A stretch of 64,000 bases of DNA, from the IMG/VR virus record IMGVR_UViG_3300035701_000003. One strand, 5' to 3'. The stretch is from a virus. The notes beneath the pieces are model-generated. The model did not search any database. It was not told the DNA's origin and saw nothing but the letters and a program-made list of their open reading frames with translations. Positions 1-9,653 of the stretch are shown one piece after another (position 1 is the stretch's first letter; each line of letters begins with the position of its first letter). Position numbers and translations under genes: made by a program.

Positions 1-1194
1 CCGCAAGCTAATATAATGGATATGTTTAGGAAAAGCGCTTACGGAGTAGTTGTACCCGAGTCAGTTGGTTTAGATAAAGATATGTTACAGTTACTAAATA
101 GTTTAAAAGAAGTAAAAGATGCAAGTACTAGCGTTGCTGATAGCTTTGATAAGTGGGGTGTGAAGAAAAATCTATTAGATGATACCGATAAGATGAAGCA
201 GACTATTGGAACTATGGAAAAATCCTTATGGATGTCTTCTAATATATTTGAATTAATAGGTAATCTTGGTAAGTATGGGGTGGCCCAATTTCAAACAGGA
301 CTTAGTAATTTAACGGGTGGTGTAGGGGGGCAGGGGGGCGTGCAAATACCCGAGTGGGCGATACAAGGGGGTATTTTAGCAGGTAGTTCTTTATTTATGG
401 GGCGCAGGCTAACGGGGGGTTTGCGAAAAGGAATGCAAACACTCGCTGAAAAGATAGGTCAACAGATTAATCCCTCAGAAGTTAACGCTGGACTTAAGCA
501 CGTTCCTTGGGGGCAAGTTATAGCTGAAAAGACTCCCGTCGCTGGGGAAATAGAGACCGCCTTAACTACTAGTACTAGAGTAGCACGTCTTGGAACTTGG
601 GCGGGTAGAGTATTTTGGCCAACTTTACTAGGTACTATGATATATGTAATAGGAAATGAATTACTTAGCAAATCCCCCGAGGAAATTGCAAGGTTATCCC
701 GTGCAACGCGGAAATTCGGGCCTAAATTTACATTTCCTCCTCCTGAAAAAGGACCCACTCCTTTGGATGCTTTACAAACAAATACTTTACAGGGATTAAC
801 AGGAGCTGATTTAATATTACCAGGAGAACTATATGGAGATCCTAAAGCTATAGAGCAAGGTAAAAAATTACGCGAATTAAGACGTTTTAAGCAAAGACTC
901 GGAGCTACAGAAACTTCTGTATTTTCTCCCGAAACTATAGCCCCTTCTTGGTTTTCTAATTCTCAAAAAAGAGAGCAATGGGATACTACTGATGATTTGT
1001 TAAATCTAGTAAAAGGAAGTAAAGTTACTAAGGGGGAGGAGATTAAGAAAGAAGGAGAAGGCAAAGATTTTGGTACTCTTAATGTAATATTTTCTAACGA
1101 CAAAGGCGATATACTCGCGCAAACTACTGTAGATAACCAAATGAAACAAACTGCTATTAGAATAGCTATATCATCAGAAATAGGAATAGGGTAA
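1..1194 (+). CDS. Probable tail tape-measure protein, C-terminal part (frame is open to the window edge, so 5' truncated)
   Basis: Frame open from base 1; G/A/L-rich helical sequence directly upstream of baseplate genes. Confidence 0.5.
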   Translation, partial: PQANIMDMFRKSAYGVVVPESVGLDKDMLQLLNSLKEVKDASTSVADSFDKWGVKKNLLDDTDKMKQTIGTMEKSLWMSSNIFELIGNLGKYGVAQFQTGLSNLTGGVGGQGGVQIPEWAIQGGILAGSSLFMGRRLTGGLRKGMQTLAEKIGQQINPSEVNAGLKHVPWGQVIAEKTPVAGEIETALTTSTRVARLGTWAGRVFWPTLLGTMIYVIGNELLSKSPEEIARLSRATRKFGPKFTFPPPEKGPTPLDALQTNTLQGLTGADLILPGELYGDPKAIEQGKKLRELRRFKQRLGATETSVFSPETIAPSWFSNSQKREQWDTTDDLLNLVKGSKVTKGEEIKKEGEGKDFGTLNVIFSNDKGDILAQTTVDNQMKQTAIRIAISSEIGIG

Positions 1195-1195
1195 T

Positions 1196-2011
1196 ATGTC
1201 AAGAATTCCTTTTAGAATATATACATTTAGAAATCCTGGTTTAGTACTGCCCGAAGGAAGCACTGGTCAAGAGGTCGGAGCTTGGAGATATATACAAGGT
1301 AAAACAGAAGAAGATATTCAACCTATAATAGGAACTATTCTCGAGAATGCCGTAGGCCAAATACCTTTAGCTACAACTAACTTTTTGGCTACTGTAAGCG
1401 AGGAATCTTTAATAAATCCTTTAATTGTTTATACTAACGATCCTGGTTATCCTGCTGCTTTAACAATAAATGTTGAAAATACGATATTCTTTATCCCACG
1501 TGCTAGATTAGATGATACTGTGGCTTTACAAGCGCCCCCCGTATTTGAATTTTACGTTAATCCTCAAAGAATAAGTTTTAATCATCAAAAAATAATAAGT
1601 GAAGTAAGAACCCGAGGGGGTTGGGATGTACAACATTGGGGAGAAAAATTAACAGAAATTACAGTGGAGGGAATTACGGGTGGCTTACATCGTGATGGAA
1701 CTAGATCTCTTAAACCTGGGGGTTACGGCCAAAGTTTAAAACCCACAGAGGATATTAGGGATTCTTCCGCTTGGCAACGTTTAAGAACCTTACGTCTTAT
1801 ATATGATACAGATCATAGTATATTAGCTACTAATAAAAGAAATTATAAATTAGGTTTTAGTATATATGAAGATTTTTATACTGGATATTTCCAAAGTTTT
1901 AATGGTCCTGAAATTTCATCTGATAAACCTTATTTAATAACTTTTTCTTTTACCTTTAAAGTAGAAGAAAAAGGAAGTCTCGATACAATTATAAACCCAA
2001 GTGAGGGATAA
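1196..2011 (+). CDS. Baseplate/tail-tube initiator-like protein
   Basis: FYVNPQRISFNHQKIISEVRTRGGWDVQHWGEKLTEITVEGITG resembles myophage tube-initiator proteins; lies between tape measure and hub. Confidence 0.55.
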   Translation: MSRIPFRIYTFRNPGLVLPEGSTGQEVGAWRYIQGKTEEDIQPIIGTILENAVGQIPLATTNFLATVSEESLINPLIVYTNDPGYPAALTINVENTIFFIPRARLDDTVALQAPPVFEFYVNPQRISFNHQKIISEVRTRGGWDVQHWGEKLTEITVEGITGGLHRDGTRSLKPGGYGQSLKPTEDIRDSSAWQRLRTLRLIYDTDHSILATNKRNYKLGFSIYEDFYTGYFQSFNGPEISSDKPYLITFSFTFKVEEKGSLDTIINPSEG

Positions 2012-2012
2012 A

Positions 2013-2615
2013 ATGGACTGGAGAAATACATTAAGTTTTCTTAAACAAACTGATCAAGAAGTTCCTCTTACTTTAGATTATATAAGAGATGGCAATATTA
2101 AACCCGGCGACTTCGTAACTTCTAAAGGTACTTCTATTCGTCCAGAGGATAATAAAGTTATTTTTAAACCTTTTGCTTTGTATAAAGTACTTGAAATTTA
2201 TCCGCAAGAAGGCCCTGGCGTTCAAGGACTTATACTAAATTCTGAATTAGGTAAATGGTACATACATTTTGGTAAAGATGGGGGGGCTAACTATTTCTAT
2301 CATGCTACTTTAACTCCAGAAGAGGAATTAGGTCAATTAGAAGGCCTTCCTTTTCGAATTATGGAGATGCTACATACTTATAAAAGTATAACTAGAAATA
2401 CTTTAATTTCGGAGATATTACAAGAAAATTATAGTGAAGATAAAAAGAAAATGGATTCGTTAAAGAATGACGTTTTTAGAGCTATCAAATTACTATTAGA
2501 CGCTGGTAAAATTCAAAGAGCTAAAAGACCAGGTTTTTACGAACTTAGTTTAGATGGTCAAAAGGAAATGCAAGAGCACTATAAAGGTCCTTTAGATAAT
2601 AACACTCCGGAGTAA
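2013..2615 (+). CDS. Hypothetical protein with WRxxLSF leader and possible C-terminal winged helix
   Basis: ATG 2013 gives MDWRNTLSF; C-terminus ITRNTLISEIL...AIKLLLDAGKIQRAKRPGFYELS looks wHTH-like. Confidence 0.5.
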   Translation: MDWRNTLSFLKQTDQEVPLTLDYIRDGNIKPGDFVTSKGTSIRPEDNKVIFKPFALYKVLEIYPQEGPGVQGLILNSELGKWYIHFGKDGGANYFYHATLTPEEELGQLEGLPFRIMEMLHTYKSITRNTLISEILQENYSEDKKKMDSLKNDVFRAIKLLLDAGKIQRAKRPGFYELSLDGQKEMQEHYKGPLDNNTPE

Positions 2616-2619
2616 TTCT

Positions 2620-4833
2620 TTGGCTGATATTAACGCTGATATAGGCGGAACTACTAATAATGTTGTAAGACATGTAAGTCCCAACGCCGCTGTCTTTTTT
2701 GTTAAGGGATTCGGGCAGGAAATTATAGCACAAGAGGTAATAATTGCTGATAATATTAAAGATGAAAAAACTATTGCTTCTATTGATGTTACTCTTACCG
2801 TTAGAAACAGTCCTGGTACCTTTACTTTACAGTTAAGAGATCCTGATAACATATTTATTTTGGAAGATAATCCTAATACTGAGATAGCAGCCTTAAAGAA
2901 AAATAGTCAGGCGAAGATTTATACTAGAGTAATGGGGGAGGAGAAGAAGGTAGTTGAAGATAAGAAATCAGGTCATACTTCCGGTTCTGTAACTTCTATT
3001 AATAAAGAATATCAATCTTATCCCGGAGAGTATTACTCTTGGCAGGATTATAACGACTGGTCTAAAGGATATCATATTGTTTTAGAAGATACTAAGACTA
3101 AACAAAGATATCCTACTCAATTTATTACAACTGAAGGTACTGTAAAAGAGAGATGGGCTTTTGATGAATTAGGTAATATTATATATGTATCTCTCCAAAG
3201 TTCAAAATACACAGACGTGCCTACCGAAGAGGCGTTATTAGCCGAGTTTGGAAGTTCTAGTACTACTAAAGAAAAAAAGTTTAGGATATCTAATGTTGAC
3301 GGCAGCTTGAATGTGACAGAAAACCCTCTTATAGCTCACCGTTATTATAATAAGGAACTCGTCGATGGACCCTACAGAGATTACAATGAGCAAGGCCCCC
3401 CCGGCCTGTTTCCGAAAGGTAAATGCCGGGTATCTCCTATGGATAGAGTTATAATTTTTATGACTCCGCGATTTGATAAAGATGGACACTTTAATCAAGG
3501 TGATAATGCTACTTATATGACTCCTGTTTTTACTGGGGTTGTTAACTCTGCTCAGCAAGGTTATAGCGATGGTCAGCATACTATTACAGTACAGGGAGAA
3601 GATGTTACAAAATATTTAAAACTATCTATAATTAACGTAAACCCCGCTTTAAATACGGGCAGAGAAATAGCGGGTCAATATAAGGACGAACCTATTACGA
3701 TTTGGGCCCATATATTTTTAGGATTAACTACCCCCGAAATTATTAGAGTTATTTGTTTAGGTACTGAAAGTTTATCAGGCGGGCGAAGAGGTACTCTTAA
3801 TCAAAAAATAGATGGAGTAGGTTTTTATAAGTTAGCCGCTGATAAAGGCGATCTAAAATTCTATGAGTATAATCCCAGTACTGATATGCCGACTCTTGAA
3901 GATAAAATGTCTGGAGTGCAGGTAACTAAAGCTAGTTTTAAGGAGACTTTGGGAAGTTTATTTAGCAATATTGCTGTACATATATATGATCCTTACCGAC
4001 AAGGTGGTGCTATTGATTTAGAAGGTTGGCGACCCTATGCATTATCTTTAGGTAATAATTGGAGTTTTTACCAAGCTGATTTTAAGACTAGAAGAGATAT
4101 AGCTTATAAAGCCGCAGAAGATAGTTTTTTTAATTTTTATGCTGATAGAAAAGGACATATTTGGTTTCATCCATATCGTTACGATATTTCTTGGATACTG
4201 GGGGCCAAAAATCCTAAAGTATATATTATAGATAATCCCAGTATTATAAGTTACGGGTTTATAGAAGATGATAGCGAACTATTTACTGAAGTTCAGGTTT
4301 CTACAGAACCCTCTTTTGGCATGGGGGAATTAAATAATATTGGCTTTTATACTGGTGCTATTAGAGATGATAATGCTATGTTAAAATATGGGCAAAGAAT
4401 CTTTGTTGGAGTAAATCCCGTAATAAATGTTAATGTTTCAAAAAGTCCTTATGTTAAAGAAACAGAACCTTCCATTAATAGAGGGATGATAGCCGCATCT
4501 ATTAATATTTTTGCAAAATCTTTATTGAAAAGACTTTTAGCAGGAAAATATCAAGGACAAGTTACTATAGTTGGAAGACCAGAGATAGATCCTGGGAGAC
4601 CCGTTTATATACCTATACGTAATATGATTTATTATGTAGAGACTGTAGAACATTCTTTTACTTTTGGAAATACTTTTACAACTACTTTACACTTAAGTTA
4701 CGGAAGGAAGCCTTGGGAGTTTCTACCAGAGTTATTAACTTTTTCTGAGAATGACGAAATTTATCTAACGGACGCTACTGCTTTTGATAGAAGGAAAGGT
4801 ACGGAGTTACAAGGTGACGATACGAACAAATGA
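2620..4833 (+). CDS. Baseplate hub / tail protein (T4 gp27 or Mu gp44-like)
   Basis: C-terminal GQVTIVGRPEIDPGRPVYIP...YYVETVEHSF...FTTTLHLSYGR and VFTGVV...ITVQGED are typical hub motifs; TTG start. Confidence 0.7.
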   Translation: MADINADIGGTTNNVVRHVSPNAAVFFVKGFGQEIIAQEVIIADNIKDEKTIASIDVTLTVRNSPGTFTLQLRDPDNIFILEDNPNTEIAALKKNSQAKIYTRVMGEEKKVVEDKKSGHTSGSVTSINKEYQSYPGEYYSWQDYNDWSKGYHIVLEDTKTKQRYPTQFITTEGTVKERWAFDELGNIIYVSLQSSKYTDVPTEEALLAEFGSSSTTKEKKFRISNVDGSLNVTENPLIAHRYYNKELVDGPYRDYNEQGPPGLFPKGKCRVSPMDRVIIFMTPRFDKDGHFNQGDNATYMTPVFTGVVNSAQQGYSDGQHTITVQGEDVTKYLKLSIINVNPALNTGREIAGQYKDEPITIWAHIFLGLTTPEIIRVICLGTESLSGGRRGTLNQKIDGVGFYKLAADKGDLKFYEYNPSTDMPTLEDKMSGVQVTKASFKETLGSLFSNIAVHIYDPYRQGGAIDLEGWRPYALSLGNNWSFYQADFKTRRDIAYKAAEDSFFNFYADRKGHIWFHPYRYDISWILGAKNPKVYIIDNPSIISYGFIEDDSELFTEVQVSTEPSFGMGELNNIGFYTGAIRDDNAMLKYGQRIFVGVNPVINVNVSKSPYVKETEPSINRGMIAASINIFAKSLLKRLLAGKYQGQVTIVGRPEIDPGRPVYIPIRNMIYYVETVEHSFTFGNTFTTTLHLSYGRKPWEFLPELLTFSENDEIYLTDATAFDRRKGTELQGDDTNK

Positions 4834-5326
4834 CGATATAAAAAGCATAGTAATTCATCATACGCAAGATGTTACTAGAACTAAGGGAGAGAGACTGAAT
4901 GTTGATTATGCGGCTACTCCTAACTACTTTGGGGTACCTTACGATATTATTATTAACAAAGATGGCACCGTAGATTTAGCCCCCCGTTGGATTTTAGCTG
5001 TTGATAAAGGGCAGTATATGAAGGATGTAAGTCTTCATAAAATTTTTAAGTATAAACAGCATTATGTTTCTGCCATCGGCGAAACCGATGATATAAGAAA
5101 AGAAGCCATTCATATCGGGGTTACTGGTGATTTTGATTCTCAAAAGGTTACAAAGGCTCAATTATATAAGTTAGTAGAAGTCTTAAAAACTATAATTTCG
5201 ACCCTTAATATCAATCCTAAAACACACTTATTTTACCATAGTAATTTAACTTCTACTTCTTGTCCTGGTTTCTATTTTCCACAACTTCCGTACCTAATAA
5301 ACCTAGTAAAAGACTCTTTTTCTTAA
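4814..5326 (+). CDS. N-acetylmuramoyl-L-alanine amidase (Amidase_2 type)
   Basis: IVIHHT, YDIIINKDGTV, IHIGVTGDF, FYHSNLTSTSCPG give the Zn ligands H/H/C; GTG 4814 is the likely start. Confidence 0.85.
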   Translation: MTIRTNDDIKSIVIHHTQDVTRTKGERLNVDYAATPNYFGVPYDIIINKDGTVDLAPRWILAVDKGQYMKDVSLHKIFKYKQHYVSAIGETDDIRKEAIHIGVTGDFDSQKVTKAQLYKLVEVLKTIISTLNINPKTHLFYHSNLTSTSCPGFYFPQLPYLINLVKDSFS

Positions 5327-5450
5327 GATTCTTTGTTTTTAACCAAATTTCAAAGAAAATATTTTTGTTATCGAGTAACTAATCTACGGATAACTGTGTA
5401 TATTAATAGTGTAAGTAATTATTTTTTATAAAATAAATGGAGATGCTAAG

Positions 5451-6287
5451 ATGGAACCTAATACTTTAATTCCTCGGAGACAGAGGCAGATTAACCTACA
5501 ATCCTTATTTTTTCCAGTTGTAAAAGAACCTTTGCAGTTCGTTTCTAAAGAAGCTAGAGCAAACATAGAGGGGGATTGCGGAATTGCTGTTGTAAGAGGT
5601 GACACAGGTCATATAATTCAGACCGCCTCAACAGATTACAATCTCGTGCTTCACGAAGACATTATTAATATGGTGGAAGCTGTATTTAAGGCTAACAAGG
5701 TTGAATTTCAAGTTCATGACGTTTTTACTGGGGGTATTCAAGGTAATAAGATGTTTGTGAATTATACATTACCTGGATACAAAATGAAGATCAATGGGGA
5801 AGAGTATATACCTTTCGTACAATTTCAGAATTCCTATGATAAGTCAGCTCTTTTCAAAAACCTTTCAGGACTTTATCGACTAGTTTGTTCAAACGGTTTG
5901 GTGAGGTTTCATTCCCGGAAGACTTTAATCAAAGCACGCCATTACGGTAACACCATTGATTTATCAAAGATTGCGTTTAACTTAGATGAATGGTTAGTAG
6001 AGATGGATATAACTAAGTTTAAGTTAGAAGAATTAGTTAAGAAACCGATAACTAAAGAAGTATCTATCGAAGACTTGACCAAAAAGATTTTTCAGAAGAA
6101 GAAAGATGTTAAAGCTTTCATGGAATCTAATTTAGTTCCTGCTTATATTGAGGAGTTAGGTAATAACCAATATGCTTTGATGAATGCATACACTGATTTT
6201 ACAACGCATGTTCTTTCTTCAAGGATGAAGAATTTTGATAGAGTAGCTAAATCCTTCGCAGCCATCGAAAATATATTCTTGAATTAG
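5451..6287 (+). CDS. DUF932-family protein
   Basis: FQNSYDKS...GLYRLVCSNGLV...ARHYG motif. Confidence 0.75.
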   Translation: MEPNTLIPRRQRQINLQSLFFPVVKEPLQFVSKEARANIEGDCGIAVVRGDTGHIIQTASTDYNLVLHEDIINMVEAVFKANKVEFQVHDVFTGGIQGNKMFVNYTLPGYKMKINGEEYIPFVQFQNSYDKSALFKNLSGLYRLVCSNGLVRFHSRKTLIKARHYGNTIDLSKIAFNLDEWLVEMDITKFKLEELVKKPITKEVSIEDLTKKIFQKKKDVKAFMESNLVPAYIEELGNNQYALMNAYTDFTTHVLSSRMKNFDRVAKSFAAIENIFLN

Positions 6288-6290
6288 GAT

Positions 6291-6512
6291 ATGATAGTAG
6301 GAATAAATACTCCTAAGGAACAATTCCAAAAATTTGCAAGAGGGTTCACTATTTTCGGTGAACCCCTTTTCTATTGCAGAAACTGTGTTACTGAGAAACA
6401 TCTTCATAGAAAGCTTTTATTACAATCAGTAAATAAAACTAATCTACAAGACAAACAATGTTCTTCGTGTAAGCGTGTTTATAAAGGTAATGAATGGAAG
6501 GAAATTAAATGA
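6291..6512 (+). CDS. Small Zn-binding protein
   Basis: CRNC...CSSC pairs. Confidence 0.55.
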   Translation: MIVGINTPKEQFQKFARGFTIFGEPLFYCRNCVTEKHLHRKLLLQSVNKTNLQDKQCSSCKRVYKGNEWKEIK

Positions 6513-6673
6513 ATACTAAAGAAAAAGAAATACCTCAAGTTATTATTGAGGAACCTTGCACTAAAACTAAAAAACATATGCTTGTAACTAACGAAAATGG
6601 TATGTATTTTTGGTGTTATCGTTGCGCGAGAGAACTAAATAAAGACGGTACAGAAAAAATAAGAGGAAATTAA
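6509..6673 (+). CDS. Small hypothetical protein (54 aa; not in the ORF track)
   Basis: MNTKEKEIPQ...WCYRCAR...KIRGN*; coupled to both neighbours (ATGA overlap upstream, TAAATG downstream). Confidence 0.55.
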   Translation: MNTKEKEIPQVIIEEPCTKTKKHMLVTNENGMYFWCYRCARELNKDGTEKIRGN

Positions 6674-8305
6674 ATGAATACTTGGTATCTAATAGGATGT
6701 AGTGCTAAGAAAGCATCTACCCCTCAAACACCTGATTTATTATATCAAGGGCCTCTTTTTGTACAGCCTTTTAAGTATTGTGAAAAGATATACAAACCGG
6801 AAGAAGGAGATAGAATATTCGTATTAAGTGCAAAGCATGGTTTATTACATTTAAGACCTAATCTGTCCTATATGGAGGTTATTGAGCCTTATTCTTTTGA
6901 TTTAACAAGGGCTAACAAAAGTACTTTGAGGAAGTGGGGAGGTATGGTGGCTATACAACTTGATCAATATATTTCGAAATATCAGATACCTTATCCTCTT
7001 AAGTTGGTATTTTATGCACACCGTCACTATAGAGACGCCCTAAAACCTTTTATAGAAGAACTCCAGATATCTGTGGAAGTTCCCTTACTGGGGGTAGTAA
7101 GAGGAAAACAAGTTAAATATTGGAAACATAAATTAAATGATATGTTTGAAGGAGAATCAAAGGAAAGTTGGAGAGACCATCCTGTGATGTTAACTCAAAA
7201 GGGGGGCGCTTATATAAAATCTGATTACAAACCACAAATTGAAGGAAATTTTATGAAAGCGTTGTCCGAAATGAAATTACAGAAAAAATCAAATACTGTT
7301 AATTCTAAAGGAGGCTACTTTGGGGTTAGAGCCATCGACCAATTCCCCGCAAAGTTCATGGAATATATTAACTCTTGTGATTCCTTTACTGATGTTACAG
7401 CTGGTTCCGGACTTTTCCCCCGCTATCTGGCTAGTTTAGGTAAAAAAGTTAATATATCTGATAGGTCTTATTACTCCTATTTAATGCTTCGAACCTTATC
7501 CCGTAACCTTTCCTTTACAGGATCTTACGAAGACTGGTTAAAAGATACTTATGGACAGATAAAGGGCATTTTAGAGACTCCTTTTACAGGTTATTTGTGT
7601 AATAATGAAATCTTATCTAAGAAATTTTCTTTGGAGACTGCTAAATTTATTGATTCTTATTGTAGATTTTATCAGAGTAATGTTTTAATGTTATATGCGT
7701 TAGGTAAAGTATTCTCTACCAAGTTTAGTTTTAGGGGCTTAGGGTGGTGTAATAAAACTACCGCTGGGTATAAGAGTAACGAAGTTACTCCAAGTACTAT
7801 GGCGGAATGGATTATAAGAACTGCTAATTTAATTATGTTAAGATTAACTGAACTGGACGAACGTTTCTCCGTTCCCGATATATTCTATGGAGATGTTTTA
7901 CAAGCCTTAGATTCTTTTAAAGTTAAGGATGGTATGGTTTATGCAGACCCCGCCTGGCCTTGGAGCGAAAAATTTCCTGGGACTAACCCTTATATATGGC
8001 AGACATATGATATTTCCAGCATCTTGACACAGACTAAGATTCCTGAAGTAAGATTTTGGCAAAGAGAAGATACTATAGATTCTATACTAGAAGAAATTAA
8101 AGGTTGGGGGGATAGGGCTTTCGAAAGAGGGGCAAAATACTTTGTAGTATGCAATCAAGATACTAATTACCCAAGTTGTGAAGAAGTATTTGATTGGTTT
8201 AGTAAGAAATTTAATACTGTTGAAATTATTTATAATTATGAAGATTATAGTAGCGCAGCTGGTAGAAAATATACAACCGGTTGGGGGATATATACCAAGG
8301 AATAA
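6674..8305 (+). CDS. Fusion: N-terminal YaaA/DUF6884-like domain plus C-terminal alpha-class (D12/Dam-like) DNA adenine methyltransferase
   Basis: LIGCSAKK...LYQGPLF...FVLSAKHGLL at the N-terminus; motif I DVTAGSG and motif IV YADPAW. Confidence 0.65.
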   Translation: MNTWYLIGCSAKKASTPQTPDLLYQGPLFVQPFKYCEKIYKPEEGDRIFVLSAKHGLLHLRPNLSYMEVIEPYSFDLTRANKSTLRKWGGMVAIQLDQYISKYQIPYPLKLVFYAHRHYRDALKPFIEELQISVEVPLLGVVRGKQVKYWKHKLNDMFEGESKESWRDHPVMLTQKGGAYIKSDYKPQIEGNFMKALSEMKLQKKSNTVNSKGGYFGVRAIDQFPAKFMEYINSCDSFTDVTAGSGLFPRYLASLGKKVNISDRSYYSYLMLRTLSRNLSFTGSYEDWLKDTYGQIKGILETPFTGYLCNNEILSKKFSLETAKFIDSYCRFYQSNVLMLYALGKVFSTKFSFRGLGWCNKTTAGYKSNEVTPSTMAEWIIRTANLIMLRLTELDERFSVPDIFYGDVLQALDSFKVKDGMVYADPAWPWSEKFPGTNPYIWQTYDISSILTQTKIPEVRFWQREDTIDSILEEIKGWGDRAFERGAKYFVVCNQDTNYPSCEEVFDWFSKKFNTVEIIYNYEDYSSAAGRKYTTGWGIYTKE

Positions 8306-8309
8306 CTAA

Positions 8310-8855
8310 GTGAAAATCCAGACTGAAATTAGAAATAAGATTAAAGAACTTACTAAAGAAAGAAAAGCCCTACTGTATAATGAGGAACTCGGTAAGGTAC
8401 AAAAAGAATATCGGGATAAACTAGACGCTTATTATAAAAAGATACGCCCCGAGAAAGATAAGATTGATGAAGAGATTGAGACTCTACGGAAAGAACTAAG
8501 TAAACGTAAAGATGATAGACTTCCTATTATAAGTAAGCGTTTGGAGGACTGGTTGCAAGGGTATACTCGCGGCGCTACCTTCGGGCCTCAAGGACTAAAG
8601 ATAAAAGAAATCTTAGATGATAAGGAAAGATTTGTGCTAGTGTATAATCCCGGTCATACCTATTGGGCAAGGAGAGGAGAATTTCATTATGGTAGTAGTA
8701 GTTATTGGATAACTGATACTTTTATACAAAAACAGTGGCTTGGTAATACTACTAAGATAATGGGTACTGAAGTAGAAGGAAGATTAACTAAAGAAGTAAA
8801 GAAAAAACTATTAGAAGTGTTAGAGGAATACAAAAAAGTAAATAAAATAACGTAA
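8310..8855 (+). CDS. Hypothetical protein with N-terminal coiled coil
   Basis: 181-aa ORF, GTG start, in operon. Confidence 0.55.
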   Translation: MKIQTEIRNKIKELTKERKALLYNEELGKVQKEYRDKLDAYYKKIRPEKDKIDEEIETLRKELSKRKDDRLPIISKRLEDWLQGYTRGATFGPQGLKIKEILDDKERFVLVYNPGHTYWARRGEFHYGSSSYWITDTFIQKQWLGNTTKIMGTEVEGRLTKEVKKKLLEVLEEYKKVNKIT

Positions 8856-8899
8856 AGTAATAGGGCGTGTGTAATAAATGAAAATAGAACGGGGTATAT

Positions 8900-9595
8900 A
8901 TGGCTACTAAAACAGAAAAAGAAAAAGCATTAGAAGCTACTATAGCAAGTCTGGAGAAGCAATTTGGTAAGGGCACTATAATGCAAATGGGTAAAACTCC
9001 TATAGAAAAAATAGGAGCTATTCCTACTGGTTGCATGTCCATAGATGAAATTACTGGTATAGGTGGAATTCCCAGAGGAAGAGTAACTGAGGTATTTGGG
9101 CCGGAGATGTCTGGTAAAACTACAATGTGCCTTCATATAATAGCACAAGCTCAGAAATTAGGGGGTATGGCTGCTTTTATTGACGTAGAACACGCTCTTG
9201 ATTTAAATTACGCTTCTAATATCGGGGTTAATGTAACTAGTTTATTGATATCTCAACCAGACTATGGAGAACAAGCTCTTGAAGTAGCAGACGCTTTGAT
9301 AAGAAGTAACTCTGTAGATATTGTTGTAGTAGACTCCGTAGCAGCTTTAGTCCCAAAAAGTGAATTAGAGGGAGAAATGGGAGACTCCACCATAGCCCTT
9401 CAAGCACGTTTAATGTCTAAAGCTTTACGGAAACTTACGTCTAATGTTAATAAATCTAATACAGCTTTAATATTTATAAATCAACTTAGAAGTAAAATTG
9501 GGATTATGTTTGGTAATCCCGAATGTGTTGATCCTTATACTACGGAGGTTGAATTGGAAGTTCCCGAAGATATTTATAAAATATTTTTTGAGTAA
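8900..9595 (+). CDS. recA: RecA N-terminal fragment fused to a 23-aa N-intein
   Basis: Walker [58 protein letters not shown], then CVDPYTT...FFE stop. Confidence 0.95.
   Translation: MATKTEKEKALEATIASLEKQFGKGTIMQMGKTPIEKIGAIPTGCMSIDEITGIGGIPRGRVTEVFGPEMSGKTTMCLHIIAQAQKLGGMAAFIDVEHALDLNYASNIGVNVTSLLISQPDYGEQALEVADALIRSNSVDIVVVDSVAALVPKSELEGEMGDSTIALQARLMSKALRKLTSNVNKSNTALIFINQLRSKIGIMFGNPECVDPYTTEVELEVPEDIYKIFFE
9524..9592 (+). mobile_element. N-terminal half of a split intein (IntN, 23 aa)
   Basis: Cys1 directly after FGNPE (the mycobacterial recA-b site); block A-like [13 protein letters not shown]; ends at TAA 9593. Confidence 0.85.
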
Positions 9596-9653
9596 ACCCT
9601 TGAATTTTTTCCTCCTATACTTATATATCATAAGTAACAACGGGAGAAAAAAA

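Noticed and set aside
9498-9653. Extended N-terminus of the endonuclease ORF overlapping recA-N
   Set aside because: The clear RBS is at ATG 9654; the upstream extension is a shadow of the recA and intergenic sequence
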